Shown here: one piece after another, positions 9,691 to 20,007 of the stretch
Layout: every line of letters begins with the position of its first letter
How positions within the stretch are numbered: the stretch's first letter is position 1
Source of the DNA: a virus
Lineage: Duplodnaviria; Caudoviricetes
Strand: one strand, 5' to 3'
Length of the DNA stretch: 55,300 nt
Virus record (IMG/VR): IMGVR_UViG_3300014501_000022
Span: 1 to 55,300 of that record
Program-made: the position numbers and the translations under genes
Notes under the pieces: model-generated
What the model was told of the DNA's origin: nothing
Seen by the model: only the letters and a program-made list of their open reading frames with translations
Database searches by the model: none

Positions 9691-10581
9691 ATGTCCGAAC
9701 AGATTGCCGAAGTAACGCCCGTAGCCACAAGTAAGTATCCTGTAGAGCAGGAAACAACGACTACACCCGTTACTACTACAGAAAAACAGATGTTAATATC
9801 TGAGATCTACCCATGTTCTCAGGGAGAGGGACCACTAACTGGTACCCCTTCGATTCTTATCAGGACTTCTACGTGCAATCTTCGTTGCCGTTGGACAGAT
9901 CCCAAGACGGGTAGTCGCAACATTTGTGACACTCCTTTTACGAGTTGGAACCCGGATTTAAACAATCCAATGACTACACAGGAGATTTATGACAAAACAA
10001 TCCTACTTGCCACCAAAAAAGACGACGGAACCGATAGAAAAGGACCCATCACTCATGCGATTGTCAGTGGCGGCGAGCCTACTCTATGGGGAACGGATCT
10101 GGCAGATCTATCGCTAGGACTTCTAGTGTCAGGGTTTCATATTACCATTGAGACTAACGGCACCAAGTATGTCGAGATCAACTCTAAGCAGAAGAGGAAG
10201 GGAGGCGCACCGTTAGATCTGACAGGAAACATCTTATTCTCGATCTCCCCGAAGTTAGCATCCTCTACGCCGTTTGGCTCAGCTTACGAGAAGGAACACA
10301 ACAAGTTGCGCATTAATTACGTAGTTTTAGATGCGCTTCTAAAGAGATATCCTTCTTATCTTAAGTTCGTGGTAACTGGACCAGATGACCTTAAAGAGAT
10401 CCTTGAAATCCAGAAGGAGCTTAAGCTTCCCTCACAGCGCGTCTTCTTAATGCCAGAAGGTATTACTAGAGATGAGATCCTTGAACACGGTCCTGCAATT
10501 AACGACCTTTGCATGGAGTACGGATTCCGTTACTCTCCTAGAGAGCACGTGATCCTTTACAATAACAAACGGAAGACCTAA
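9691..10581 (+). CDS. queE: 7-carboxy-7-deazaguanine synthase (radical SAM)
   Basis: SEIY..QGEG..G.P, CNLRC...CDT, SGGEP, IETNG, SPK, LKFVV, LMPEG, PREH. Confidence 0.93.
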   Translation: MSEQIAEVTPVATSKYPVEQETTTTPVTTTEKQMLISEIYPCSQGEGPLTGTPSILIRTSTCNLRCRWTDPKTGSRNICDTPFTSWNPDLNNPMTTQEIYDKTILLATKKDDGTDRKGPITHAIVSGGEPTLWGTDLADLSLGLLVSGFHITIETNGTKYVEINSKQKRKGGAPLDLTGNILFSISPKLASSTPFGSAYEKEHNKLRINYVVLDALLKRYPSYLKFVVTGPDDLKEILEIQKELKLPSQRVFLMPEGITRDEILEHGPAINDLCMEYGFRYSPREHVILYNNKRKT

Positions 10582-10769
10582 TGTCTAGGTGGTGGCCTAA
10601 GCCCGTAGAGCAGTTGCTGTGTTGCTTGGTCACTCCGAATTATACGTGTGGGATCTGCAAGTATAGACTATGTTATGAATGCTACCACACTTATTTAGCT
10701 GAGACAGATATCCGTGAATACATATTAGAAAATGTAACGATGTGCCCTGCCTGTGGAGAACTAGGATGA
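10581..10769 (+). CDS. small Cys-rich zinc-binding protein
   Basis: CGIC, CYEC, CPAC motifs. Confidence 0.6.
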   Translation: MSRWWPKPVEQLLCCLVTPNYTCGICKYRLCYECYHTYLAETDIREYILENVTMCPACGELG

Positions 10770-11230
10770 TAGACTACGAAAAGATAAATAAGGAATATCG
10801 TAAAATTTATAAAGACCTAGATTCTGACACAGGCAGGGCTTCTCCTCTCCTAGTTCAAAATAAGATACCCGTAGCAGAAGGGTTGCCTTTACATATTCGT
10901 TGTTTCTTAATGCACAGAATGCTGTACCAGACTAATCTAGAGACAACGATCACGATGGATCCTAACAAATTCGTGTGTACAGTATCTTATTATGATCGTT
11001 ACGAAATGCCTTTAATCGGTCGTCAAATTACTATCAGCTTTGCTGAGATGGCAGATCTGTGGACGATATCTGGTATTAAGAATGCGGAGACAGTCTCCAG
11101 TGGCGATATCAATACGACTCTCCCCCTGCTACTAGAAGGGTATTTATTAAAGCTAGGGTACGCTATGCAGCCAGTAGTTATCAAGAAGAAGGGTATCTTA
11201 GAAATACTATGGCAATTGATTAGACGCTAA
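10766..11230 (+). CDS. hypothetical protein
   Basis: ATG 10766 overlaps the previous TGA; ORF track start of 10742 is probably too long. Confidence 0.6.
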   Translation: MIDYEKINKEYRKIYKDLDSDTGRASPLLVQNKIPVAEGLPLHIRCFLMHRMLYQTNLETTITMDPNKFVCTVSYYDRYEMPLIGRQITISFAEMADLWTISGIKNAETVSSGDINTTLPLLLEGYLLKLGYAMQPVVIKKKGILEILWQLIRR

Positions 11231-12231
11231 TGATCCATCTTAAAGAACTAGTAGTCAACGACTTCCAAACACACGTTAATACTAAGATAGAGCTGCACCC
11301 TAACTTCAATGTTATAGTGGGTTCTACGCGCTCGGGTAAGAGTAGTATTGTTCGTGCGCTAGACTTCTTGTTATATAATAACTGGTACGAAGACTATCAT
11401 CGCTTTGACGCTGTACGTCCAGCCGAGATCATAGCTAAGCTATCAACTGGCAAGACAGTTATTCGCCAGAAGAGTCTGAAGGTAAATAAGATCTTAATCC
11501 TAGAGGGAAAAGATACGCAACGCTTTGAGGCTTTTGGCACTACTCTACCCTCAGAGGTCACTGCCGCTTTAGGCATTATCCCAATTGATATCGGGGTAAA
11601 AGATCCCCTATTCGCAAACATCGCTAACCAAGACGACCCTCTTTTCTTATTGTACTCTGCTGGTACGGATAGAACGAGAGTACTCAGTCGCTTATCAGGT
11701 CTGCATTGGATAGATTATGCTCTTAGGGACCTCTCCAAAGATCGCCGAACGAAGTCTACAGAGGTACAGTTTCTGCAGGAGACTAACGAACAGTTACTGG
11801 AGAAGCTTCGCGCCTTTAAGAATATAAAAGATTATCGCGACACATTAGCGACAGAACAAGAGAGACTAACGAGGGTAAAGAAGGTTTCGACCTTACTACA
11901 AAAGAGTCGTGTATTATTAAGTAGAACTGCGTCGTGGAAGAAAGATTATCAGATGGTCCAGAATTTGAAGACCATTAATTTTCCTGTTGAAGTAGCTCGT
12001 TTGGAAAAGCTAATTTATCTACAGTCAGACATTTTGCAGCCGCTACGAGATACCATTCGTAAGTTAGCTACAAATAATCTGTCGATTAACAACACGCAAA
12101 CGTATCTACGAACGTTAGCAGAGACCAAAGCAAGCCTCGAAGCACAGATAGTTGAAGAGCTTACTAAGGTACCTACCTGCGAAGCATGCGGGCAAGAGAT
12201 CCGACAACACGTTAAGGGAGCACATGAGTAA
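11230..12231 (+). CDS. sbcC: SbcC/Rad50-like ATPase, N-terminal half
   Basis: NDFQTH, Walker [11 protein letters not shown]-loop ANQDDP, coiled coil, ends just after zinc hook CEACGQ. Confidence 0.85.
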   Translation: MIHLKELVVNDFQTHVNTKIELHPNFNVIVGSTRSGKSSIVRALDFLLYNNWYEDYHRFDAVRPAEIIAKLSTGKTVIRQKSLKVNKILILEGKDTQRFEAFGTTLPSEVTAALGIIPIDIGVKDPLFANIANQDDPLFLLYSAGTDRTRVLSRLSGLHWIDYALRDLSKDRRTKSTEVQFLQETNEQLLEKLRAFKNIKDYRDTLATEQERLTRVKKVSTLLQKSRVLLSRTASWKKDYQMVQNLKTINFPVEVARLEKLIYLQSDILQPLRDTIRKLATNNLSINNTQTYLRTLAETKASLEAQIVEELTKVPTCEACGQEIRQHVKGAHE

Positions 12232-12919
12232 AAGAGGAAGACGTTATAATGACGAAGAAGAGACGTTTCCGCCGGTTACGTTTACACTAAAGACGTTAAC
12301 GGTTCGTACTCCACGACAGAAACAGTATCTAGAAACGGTTAGTAAGTCAGAATTAACCTTCGCTATCGGCCCAGCAGGTACAGGTAAGACCTTTCTTGCC
12401 GTATCCTGTGCGCTCAAAGCATTGAAGGATAACGCAGTTAACCGAATAGTCATCACGCGCCCTATTGTAGAGGCTGGTGAGAAGCTAGGATTCCTGCCGG
12501 GAGATCTTCAGGAGAAGGTCAATCCTTACCTACGTCCTATCTTCGATTCCTTTATCGCTCTAGTAGGCCCGGATAAGTTTATGAACCTTTGGGATAACGG
12601 TACAATTGAAATTGCCCCGTTAGCATACATGCGCGGTAGAACGTTAGAACAGTCGTTTATTATTCTTGACGAAGCGCAGAATACAACTCAAGAGCAAATG
12701 AAGATGTTCTTAACTCGTATGGGAGCTGGATCTAAGATGATCATCACTGGCGATGTAACCCAGATCGATTTACCTCAGAAAGCTTTCTCTGGGCTAGTTC
12801 ACGCCGATAAAGTATTGTCTAGCTTAGACTGTATTGGCTTTATACGTTTCAGTGATGAAGACGTTGTACGTCATCCTCTCGTGAAGAAAATTGTCGCAGC
12901 ATACACAGCTGCAGGATAA
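12224..12919 (+). CDS. phoH: PhoH-family ATPase
   Basis: [46 protein letters not shown]; ATG 12224 with GGGAG RBS. Confidence 0.95.
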   Translation: MSKRGRRYNDEEETFPPVTFTLKTLTVRTPRQKQYLETVSKSELTFAIGPAGTGKTFLAVSCALKALKDNAVNRIVITRPIVEAGEKLGFLPGDLQEKVNPYLRPIFDSFIALVGPDKFMNLWDNGTIEIAPLAYMRGRTLEQSFIILDEAQNTTQEQMKMFLTRMGAGSKMIITGDVTQIDLPQKAFSGLVHADKVLSSLDCIGFIRFSDEDVVRHPLVKKIVAAYTAAG

Positions 12920-12921
12920 CT

Positions 12922-13359
12922 ATGAGCAAGAAAACCGCATCAGTCATACCCAATCCATTACGCATAGGTAAGACTCTCGGTGTCTTTACTGTTGATAAGG
13001 ATGGTCCTCAGATGCACATGAACTTAAAGGCCATCGAAGAAAAGGCTGAGAGAATATCTAAGGTAATCGGTAAGCAGTTGACATCAGAGGACGTTGCCCT
13101 GTTTACATTCCTACATGAGATGGCTCACTATCGTCAGTGGAAGGAAGGTAGAGTAACGACTAAGGACTTCAGAGACATCAAGTTCAAAGAGACAGCTAGA
13201 GCTAAGCAGCTTGAAGTTGACGCTGACGCTGACGCTGTTGAATTCATTAAGAAGACCGTCTTCAAAGATAAGTGGACTACTCGAACTCTGCGAGCCATGG
13301 TCGGCGCTGAGAAGACGCTCACGTTAGAACAAGCACGCGACTTAGGTATTATAAGTTAA
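12922..13359 (+). CDS. HExxH zincin-like metallopeptidase domain protein
   Basis: FLHEMAHYRQ plus downstream LEVDADA third-ligand motif. Confidence 0.65.
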   Translation: MSKKTASVIPNPLRIGKTLGVFTVDKDGPQMHMNLKAIEEKAERISKVIGKQLTSEDVALFTFLHEMAHYRQWKEGRVTTKDFRDIKFKETARAKQLEVDADADAVEFIKKTVFKDKWTTRTLRAMVGAEKTLTLEQARDLGIIS

Positions 13360-13565
13360 TGGCTAAGAGAAAATATAGCACCCAATCGGATCTTGCTACT
13401 TACCATGTCATTAAAATGAATGGTAAGAAGTTAAGTGGAGTACAGCGAATTAAAGTAGCTACAGGTCTAGATGACGACCTGCGTACTATAGTTACTTTAG
13501 AATTTGTTATCAAGGCAGGGAGCCTCAAAGCAGATGGTGAAGTAATTGAATTCGATATGTTATAA
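13359..13565 (+). CDS. hypothetical protein
   Basis: 68-aa ORF with TAATG coupling. Confidence 0.6.
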   Translation: MAKRKYSTQSDLATYHVIKMNGKKLSGVQRIKVATGLDDDLRTIVTLEFVIKAGSLKADGEVIEFDML

Positions 13566-13574
13566 GGAGATCGT

Positions 13575-13739
13575 ATGGCTAAGAAACTAAAAGGATCACT
13601 CGTACCTGAAGGTGTTGATTATACGACGTGGGTATGTACTGCGTCTGTAAAAGATCTAGTCGCCGAGATGAAGTATCAGAATGAGAAGTTGTCGAAGATA
13701 CTCGAGATAAAACCAAAGAAGAAAAAGAAGAATGCTTAA
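13575..13739 (+). CDS. hypothetical protein (54 aa, not in ORF track)
   Basis: AAGGAG RBS; MAKKLKGSLVPEG...KKKKKNA; overlaps the sbcD start. Confidence 0.65.
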   Translation: MAKKLKGSLVPEGVDYTTWVCTASVKDLVAEMKYQNEKLSKILEIKPKKKKKNA

Positions 13740-14652
13740 AGCACTTGTAGTAGGAGATTGTCACTTCTGCGATTACGTTCCCGTTAAGAGGATTGACAAC
13801 TTCTTAGAAGCTCAATTCATAAAGATTGAGAAGATTAAGAGCATCGCAGGTGAGCGTAACTGCGATGCGATTATTCTCTTGGGCGATGTATTTGATAAGG
13901 CCCGTCCAGAGATATGGCTCGTCAATAAAGTAATGGACCGCTTCCGTGATAGTCCCTGCGTAGTTATGTCGGTCACAGGCAACCACGACTTACAAGGCTG
14001 TCGCGATGGCGTCCCAGGGACTGCGCTTGGTAATATGTTCACAGCAGGAGTGTTCAAGAGAATGGATGGCGACTCCGAACTGCTAGGCATCCCTATTAGA
14101 ACTATCAACCATACTCGAGAGCACAAGGCGTCATTATATGCGACGGACACACCTAGAATTATATTTACACATAACATGGTTACGCCTCAAGTCGCGCCTT
14201 TTGAACACGTCTTCGTCGACGATGTACTCGCGGCGGCTAAGGATTGCTTTATCTTCGCTGGTGATTTTCATCCACCGTTTGAGAAGCATGACAATGTAAC
14301 TAAGTCGCATATTATAAATCCTGGCGTTTTAACTCGCACAAGTATTGCGGAAAAAGATATTGATCCAAGTGTAATATATTTTGAAGCAACACCTGAAGAC
14401 CTTGTAGTATATCATGAGAAGATTTCTTTAGGATGTCCGAAGGGAGAATTGATCTTTGATATCGCTTCTCACGAAGCAACAAAGTCAGATGAATTGAATC
14501 TCAAGCAATTCATTGATAGTATCTCCCAGACGAAGTTTGAAAGTCAGGACATCGAGAAGTTAATTCAAGAAGTAGGAACGGCAAATAAAGTGCCAACCAA
14601 TATAATTAAAGAAGCAACAAATCGAATAAAAGAGGCTAAAACCTTAGCCTAG
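13732..14652 (+). CDS. sbcD: SbcD/Mre11-like nuclease
   Basis: GDCH, LGDVFD, GNHD, THNM, GDFH, INPG phosphoesterase motifs; lies between the SbcC halves. Confidence 0.88.
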   Translation: MLKALVVGDCHFCDYVPVKRIDNFLEAQFIKIEKIKSIAGERNCDAIILLGDVFDKARPEIWLVNKVMDRFRDSPCVVMSVTGNHDLQGCRDGVPGTALGNMFTAGVFKRMDGDSELLGIPIRTINHTREHKASLYATDTPRIIFTHNMVTPQVAPFEHVFVDDVLAAAKDCFIFAGDFHPPFEKHDNVTKSHIINPGVLTRTSIAEKDIDPSVIYFEATPEDLVVYHEKISLGCPKGELIFDIASHEATKSDELNLKQFIDSISQTKFESQDIEKLIQEVGTANKVPTNIIKEATNRIKEAKTLA

Positions 14653-14660
14653 GAGACAAG

Positions 14661-14891
14661 ATGAACTTAGTAGTCGCCAACCTAAAGGCTCGTGTCGTTA
14701 GTACGTTAAGCAATCGCGGACCGCTTAAGTTTTCAAACTTAGCGCGCACCCTCCGCAGTCGTGATGAGAAGAGACTCGATAATGTTTTACAGGACCTTCG
14801 TCGCACGGGTCAGATTCATTTCATCAACCCTACAGCCGGATGGGATATCGGTAAGGGTAAAGTATATACGCCAATGCAGAGGAGTTTCTAG
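14661..14891 (+). CDS. small winged-helix-like protein
   Basis: Helix pattern LKFSNLARTL...RLDNVLQDLRRTGQI then beta hairpin; AGGAG RBS. Confidence 0.55.
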   Translation: MNLVVANLKARVVSTLSNRGPLKFSNLARTLRSRDEKRLDNVLQDLRRTGQIHFINPTAGWDIGKGKVYTPMQRSF

Positions 14892-14892
14892 A

Positions 14893-15348
14893 ATGAAGAT
14901 TTCCAAAGACCTAAAGTTCGAAGCAGGCCATAGGCTTGCAGCGGGCTACCCCGGCAATTGCCAACACGCTCATGGTCACAGTTATGTCGTGACTGTCGAG
15001 ATGGATTCTATAGGTACATTGAACAAGTATGGTTTCGTTAAGGACTTCAATGACTATAAGCTTCTAAAGGAATGGGTTGATAACAACTGGGATCACGCAT
15101 TCTTAGTTGCTAAGGAAGATACGACGATGTTGGACTTCTTGATTGAGAATGATCAACGTCATTACGTCTTCGAGCGTAACCCTACGGCTGAGAACATCGC
15201 TGAGAAGCTATTCGCAGTCGCTACTGACTTACTCAACGATGACTTCTCAAAGGTAAGTAAGGTACTTGTTAAGGAGACAGCTTCGTCGGAAGCAGTCTAC
15301 ACAACTGCAGATCTACCTGCAACGGCGTACATGGCGTCATTACCGTAA
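14893..15348 (+). CDS. queD: 6-carboxy-5,6,7,8-tetrahydropterin synthase
   Basis: FEAGHRL, CQHAHGHSY, DF, WDH, NPTAENIA, VKET; ATG 14893 with GAGGAG RBS. Confidence 0.93.
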   Translation: MKISKDLKFEAGHRLAAGYPGNCQHAHGHSYVVTVEMDSIGTLNKYGFVKDFNDYKLLKEWVDNNWDHAFLVAKEDTTMLDFLIENDQRHYVFERNPTAENIAEKLFAVATDLLNDDFSKVSKVLVKETASSEAVYTTADLPATAYMASLP

Positions 15349-15609
15349 ATGAAGATAAACCAGTTACGAGATCAACTCGCTGATCTCAAGAAGAAGGAAG
15401 CCGTCGCTCAAAGCCGCGAACAGCTGCTTGACGAAGAGAAGCAGAAACTTCTTGCAGATATAGATGACTTGTATCGTATGGTTAGATTGCTAGGCGTAAT
15501 CGCCCCGGAAGCGCTTACGCCTAGCAATCTATCTAACGTAGCTACATTACTTCAGCAGCACATAGATAAAGAGTTGACGCAAAGCAATCTACCTAAGGAG
15601 TTATTGTAA
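15349..15609 (+). CDS. coiled-coil protein
   Basis: Heptad pattern over 86 aa. Confidence 0.6.
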   Translation: MKINQLRDQLADLKKKEAVAQSREQLLDEEKQKLLADIDDLYRMVRLLGVIAPEALTPSNLSNVATLLQQHIDKELTQSNLPKELL

Positions 15610-15800
15610 TGCCCCCAAAGAACCCTCTCAAGACGATTAAGGAATACCGTGATAAAGGCTACGTCATAGAGGTCTCTATGGACTCCGTGCGCACGTCATA
15701 CACGGTCAACATGTTCACCCCTAAGGACGTTAGAAAGTTCACCGTGCCTTTCAGTAAGGTACAGTTACATGATCTACACAATGCAGTAAGAGGGTTATGA
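15609..15800 (+). CDS. hypothetical protein
   Basis: Coupled 63-aa ORF with AAGGAG RBS. Confidence 0.6.
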   Translation: MPPKNPLKTIKEYRDKGYVIEVSMDSVRTSYTVNMFTPKDVRKFTVPFSKVQLHDLHNAVRGL

Positions 15801-16000
15801 AAGAAGACATCCTAGACGAAGTTAAGTCTCGTATAAAGCAGGGCTATAAGGGTGAACTACTCTATAACTATAGAGCAGGCGTGTACGAGATTACTACTTA
15901 CAGACCTAACTCCGAGAACTCCGATCATAAGTTACACAAGATAGCGCGTGGACTATATGATCCTACCGAACTAATCGAAGCAGTATACGGGAAGCAATGA
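15797..16000 (+). CDS. hypothetical protein
   Basis: Coupled 67-aa ORF (ATGA overlaps). Confidence 0.6.
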   Translation: MKEDILDEVKSRIKQGYKGELLYNYRAGVYEITTYRPNSENSDHKLHKIARGLYDPTELIEAVYGKQ

Positions 16001-16638
16001 CACTAGAGCAGTTTGAAAGAAGCGTTGCAATTGCAGAGAATAAGCTTCGCAATCTAGAAGGACAACAGGAAAGTCTCAATAACCAGTACAAAGAGAACCT
16101 GACGTCCATTAGAGATGCAGAGGTTCTTTCTGATGTCTTCTTGAAGGCATCTACCCTCCTACAGCTCGTATCCGAAGAGACTCGTGAGCGAAGTATCGGC
16201 AAGATCGAGTCTATCGTTACCCAGGCGATTCAAGAGGTATACGGTGACAAAGCCCTTAAGTTTAAGATTGTATTTGAAAATAAGCGAAGTGCTGTATCGG
16301 TTGAGTTCAAACTGTGGGATGAAAATCTCAAGCAATTTTTAAACATTGTCCGCTGTGAAGCCGGTGGTATCAAGAATATCATCGCAGCTATTCTACGCCT
16401 AGTAGTTATTGACCTCTACCATCCTAAGATAGAAGGACCCGTCATCCTAGATGAGATTGGCGTTCACATTAGCCAGGAGCATCGGGCTCGCTTTGGTAAG
16501 TTCTTACAGCAGTATAGTAAGTTAACCGGCCGACAGATCATTCTCGTCTCACACTTAGAGAAGGTAAACGAGTTCGCTGACAAGAAGATTCGTCTACGCC
16601 GAGTAGGAACTGACTGCGAGGTATCTTACGATGGCTAA
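15997..16638 (+). CDS. SbcC/Rad50-like ATPase, C-terminal half
   Basis: Coiled coil, signature-like EAGG, Walker B VILDE, H-loop LVSH. Confidence 0.85.
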   Translation: MTLEQFERSVAIAENKLRNLEGQQESLNNQYKENLTSIRDAEVLSDVFLKASTLLQLVSEETRERSIGKIESIVTQAIQEVYGDKALKFKIVFENKRSAVSVEFKLWDENLKQFLNIVRCEAGGIKNIIAAILRLVVIDLYHPKIEGPVILDEIGVHISQEHRARFGKFLQQYSKLTGRQIILVSHLEKVNEFADKKIRLRRVGTDCEVSYDG

Positions 16639-17032
16639 GAAAAAGAAGAAGAAAGTACCTCTTCGTAAGTTATTAAGTCGCGCCCACAAGAAGGCGGACA
16701 AGGCATTCAGCATATACATTAGAACGGTTACTATAGGTAACTATTCTAAGTGCCCGCTATGTCAGCTAGAGCCTGTTCAGTGCTGCTTCCACTTCGTAAG
16801 ACGCGGTCGCAAAATTTTACGTTGGGATCCTCGCAATGTGATTGGCGCATGTAACAAATGCAACTTTAAAGAGTATAGAGATCCTGACTTATCTCGCGCT
16901 TGGTATATACGACAGTTTGGTGTAGATCAATATTTATCTTTAGTAGACGAATCTAAACAGTCGTACCAGCCTACATTAGAAGACCTTCAGAAAATTATTG
17001 ATATGTATACCGATAAGTTAAAGGGATTGTAA
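16631..17032 (+). CDS. NinG/Rap-like recombination endonuclease
   Basis: KADKAFSIYIR, CPLC, CFHF..R...LRWDPRNV..ACNKCN. Confidence 0.8.
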   Translation: MAKKKKKKVPLRKLLSRAHKKADKAFSIYIRTVTIGNYSKCPLCQLEPVQCCFHFVRRGRKILRWDPRNVIGACNKCNFKEYRDPDLSRAWYIRQFGVDQYLSLVDESKQSYQPTLEDLQKIIDMYTDKLKGL

Positions 17033-17047
17033 GTTGTAATATTGAAT

Positions 17048-17440
17048 ATGGAAAATAAACTTGATGCAAACTTCGTAAGGAAAGTAATGCGTTCCGTCGA
17101 GCCCGATATTAAGCCCGGCGAAACTGCTATTGAATATCTTAAGAGAACGGAAGCTAAGCGCGTCCATGATATGATTATGGCCGGCGAAGCTCCTAGAGAC
17201 GGTCAGTACATCGAGCCAATTCCTAGCCCGACTCCCGCAGCTCCTGCTGCCCCGAAAGAAGTTGTCTTCTACGAAGGCTATAAGCTATCTCGCGACTTCC
17301 TTACATGCGTCGCTGTATGTATGATGAAGAATCCAGAAACTGCTGAGATACTTAGCGCATTCGGTTTCGACATTAAAGATTTAAACGGTAAGCCCGTTAT
17401 CTTTACGAAACCTAAGAAGAAATCTAAAAAGAAGAAGTAA
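17048..17440 (+). CDS. hypothetical protein
   Basis: ATG 17048, 5 nt after TAATAT box; basic tail. Confidence 0.6.
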   Translation: MENKLDANFVRKVMRSVEPDIKPGETAIEYLKRTEAKRVHDMIMAGEAPRDGQYIEPIPSPTPAAPAAPKEVVFYEGYKLSRDFLTCVAVCMMKNPETAEILSAFGFDIKDLNGKPVIFTKPKKKSKKKK

Positions 17441-17451
17441 GGTAGGTTCCA

Positions 17452-17598
17452 ATGCCGAATATAATTATAGATAGTCGTATCCCCGTTGTCGTATCACAGC
17501 TCTGCCCTGACTGTTGGAGAGAAGAGAAACAACAGAAGTGCAAGAAGTGTAATAGCACTGGCCTAGTTCACTACGAGATGAATCAAAATGGTAAGTAA
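17452..17598 (+). CDS. small zinc-finger protein (48 aa, not in ORF track)
   Basis: MPNIII...CPDC...CKKCNSTG... Confidence 0.55.
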   Translation: MPNIIIDSRIPVVVSQLCPDCWREEKQQKCKKCNSTGLVHYEMNQNGK

Positions 17599-19999
17599 TG
17601 CTGGATGTATGAAGTGTGGCTTATGTGCTACACGTAAGAACATTGTTAATGGTACAGGCAATGCCTCTGCTAAGATTTTTATCATAGGGGAAGGCCCTGG
17701 CCTTAAAGAAGATGTCTACGGTCAACCGTTTGTCGGTCCCGCGGGAACACTTCTAAAGAGACTAATGCAGACAGCGGGTATCGATTACCGCGATGTATTC
17801 TTCTCTAGCGTCGTACGCTGTCTTCCTAAGGGAACCGGTGCTAAGGTAGTACGCGAGGCGTCTTATGAAGAGATTGAAGCTTGTGCCCCTTATCTTGAGC
17901 AGGAGATTGCAGAAGTTAAACCAGCAATCATTGTCCCTGCTGGTAACGCTGCCCTACGGTATATCATGGGCGCTAAGAACGTTAATATTACTAGCAAGCG
18001 CGGTCTAGAAACATGGTCTGAGAAGTACAAGTGTAAGATCATGCCTATCTTCCACCCTGCCGCTATCTTAAGAAATCCTAAGTACGAAAGCGTTACAGTA
18101 CAAGACCTAGCGCGTATCAACACATCATCTACATCGAGCAGCATGTCTACTATAGGTATAGGCGCGTATGAAGTAGCTGATACCAAAGAGAAGCTTAACG
18201 AACTGTTCAAGCACTTAGAGTCGGAGCCCGAGATCGCTATCGACCTTGAGACGACTGGATTAGATTGGCAGAAGAGTCAGATCATTAGTCTTGGATTCTC
18301 TTGGAAGGAGAGAACAGGCTGGTGCTTACCTCTGCTTAAGTCGAAGCTAACGGAAGATGAAGAGATCAAGAACTTCTGGGACGATGCGACTTTCGTAAAG
18401 ATTAGAGCGCGATTACAGAAAGCGTTAGCATTACCATCAAAGAAAATCTTCCACAACGGTAAGTTCGACTTGAAGCACCTGATCTATAACGGCTATCCTG
18501 TCGCGAACGTATGGTTCGACACGATGCTCGTCCACCACTTACTAGATGAGAATGCAGAAAACCTACACGGTCTTAAGGATTGTGCTTGGGTTTATACTGA
18601 CATGGGTGGTTACGATAAGGAAGTATCAGAGTTCTTCGCAGTGAACAAGGCACTTAAGAAACAGTATATTATGTTGCCGTTTAATATATTAACCAAGTAC
18701 AACGCTGCGGACGCAGATTGTACCTTCCGTTTGTTCAAGAAGTTCGAACCCATGCTTGAAGCACAGAAGCTAACGAGACTGTATCGCCAGGTCGTTAATC
18801 CAGCACAAGCTGTTCTATTACAAACGGAGCTAGTCGGAGTACAAGTTGATACGGACTATATCAAGCAGCTAGGTGTCGACTATACTAAGAAGAAGGCGGA
18901 GCTTCAAGAACAGTTATTCGCTAAGACAGGTACGTTTAATATCAACTCCGCTAAGGAGTTAAGAGCGGTCCTATTCGAGAAGTTCGACCTTAAGACGAAA
19001 CGTACGACAAAGAAGGGAGCGCTATCAACCGATAAGGCTACCTTAACCGAGTTGGCAGAAACGTATTCTACGCACGCTGTCCCTAAGTTATTGTTGCAAT
19101 ATCGCGAGACTACGAAGATGTTGAGTACCTTTATCGAAGGATTAACCTTCTGGTTAGATGAGAAGGGGCGAATCCACTCGACATACAAGCTACATGGTAC
19201 CGTAACAGGTCGCTTATCGTCGGCTGAACCCAACCTTCAGAACATCCCTCGCGACTCGACGATTAGAGGTATCTTCATTGCGAGAGAGGGTCATACACTG
19301 ATCGAAGCCGACTATGGTCAGGCTGAGTTTAGATTCTGGGCGTTGTATTCTCAGGACCCACGAATGATCTCAGACATTGCATCTGGTCAAGACATTCACA
19401 GAATGACCGCTGCGTCTGCATTCGGTGTTCCTCTAGAGTCGGTTACTAAGAAGCAACGTCAGGACGCTAAGGCTATCGTGTTCGGTCTTATGTATGGTCG
19501 TAGCACTTGGTCAGTTGCGCAGCAGTTAGGTATCAGTGAAGATGAGGCTGAGAAGGTCGTACAGATCTTCTTCAGTAAGTATCCTGTCGCGAAGAGATGG
19601 TTAAAGGATACGGTTAACTTCGCCCGTACGAACGGTTACGTTAAGAATCACTTTGGTCGCTTACGCAGACTGCCTGGTATTAATAGTGGCGACGAGATGG
19701 TTAGATCAGAAGCCGAGCGTCAGGCAAAGAACAGCCCGATTCAATCAGGCGCCTCTGATATGTGTATGATCGCAGGAGCACGTATCAAGAGAGAGATGGA
19801 GAAGAGAGGATTCCATGGCGAACTAGTCTTAACAGTTCACGACTCTGTCATTTACGAAGTACCTGATGACGAAGTAGATGAATCTCTGAAGCTTATTAAA
19901 GAAGGAATTGAACGACCCATCGAAGGGATCAATGTACCTATGTTGGCTGAAATTAAAGTAGGACATCGCTGGGGAGCTCTTAAAGAAGTAAAGATATAG
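17588..19999 (+). CDS. polA: family A DNA polymerase with N-terminal family-4 uracil-DNA-glycosylase-like domain and 3'-5' exonuclease
   Basis: CMKCGLC, GEGPG, HPAAILR (UDG4); DLETTG, HNGKFD, YNAAD (exonuclease); TGRLSS..PNLQN, DYGQAE, RQDAKAIVFGLMYG, VHDS (PolA). Confidence 0.95.
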   Translation: MVSNAGCMKCGLCATRKNIVNGTGNASAKIFIIGEGPGLKEDVYGQPFVGPAGTLLKRLMQTAGIDYRDVFFSSVVRCLPKGTGAKVVREASYEEIEACAPYLEQEIAEVKPAIIVPAGNAALRYIMGAKNVNITSKRGLETWSEKYKCKIMPIFHPAAILRNPKYESVTVQDLARINTSSTSSSMSTIGIGAYEVADTKEKLNELFKHLESEPEIAIDLETTGLDWQKSQIISLGFSWKERTGWCLPLLKSKLTEDEEIKNFWDDATFVKIRARLQKALALPSKKIFHNGKFDLKHLIYNGYPVANVWFDTMLVHHLLDENAENLHGLKDCAWVYTDMGGYDKEVSEFFAVNKALKKQYIMLPFNILTKYNAADADCTFRLFKKFEPMLEAQKLTRLYRQVVNPAQAVLLQTELVGVQVDTDYIKQLGVDYTKKKAELQEQLFAKTGTFNINSAKELRAVLFEKFDLKTKRTTKKGALSTDKATLTELAETYSTHAVPKLLLQYRETTKMLSTFIEGLTFWLDEKGRIHSTYKLHGTVTGRLSSAEPNLQNIPRDSTIRGIFIAREGHTLIEADYGQAEFRFWALYSQDPRMISDIASGQDIHRMTAASAFGVPLESVTKKQRQDAKAIVFGLMYGRSTWSVAQQLGISEDEAEKVVQIFFSKYPVAKRWLKDTVNFARTNGYVKNHFGRLRRLPGINSGDEMVRSEAERQAKNSPIQSGASDMCMIAGARIKREMEKRGFHGELVLTVHDSVIYEVPDDEVDESLKLIKEGIERPIEGINVPMLAEIKVGHRWGALKEVKI

Positions 20000-20007
20000 G
20001 AGAACAT

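Noticed and set aside
951-19999. Introns or inteins in nrdJ, recA or polA
   Set aside because: ORFs are continuous and of compact normal length with no intein-like inserts
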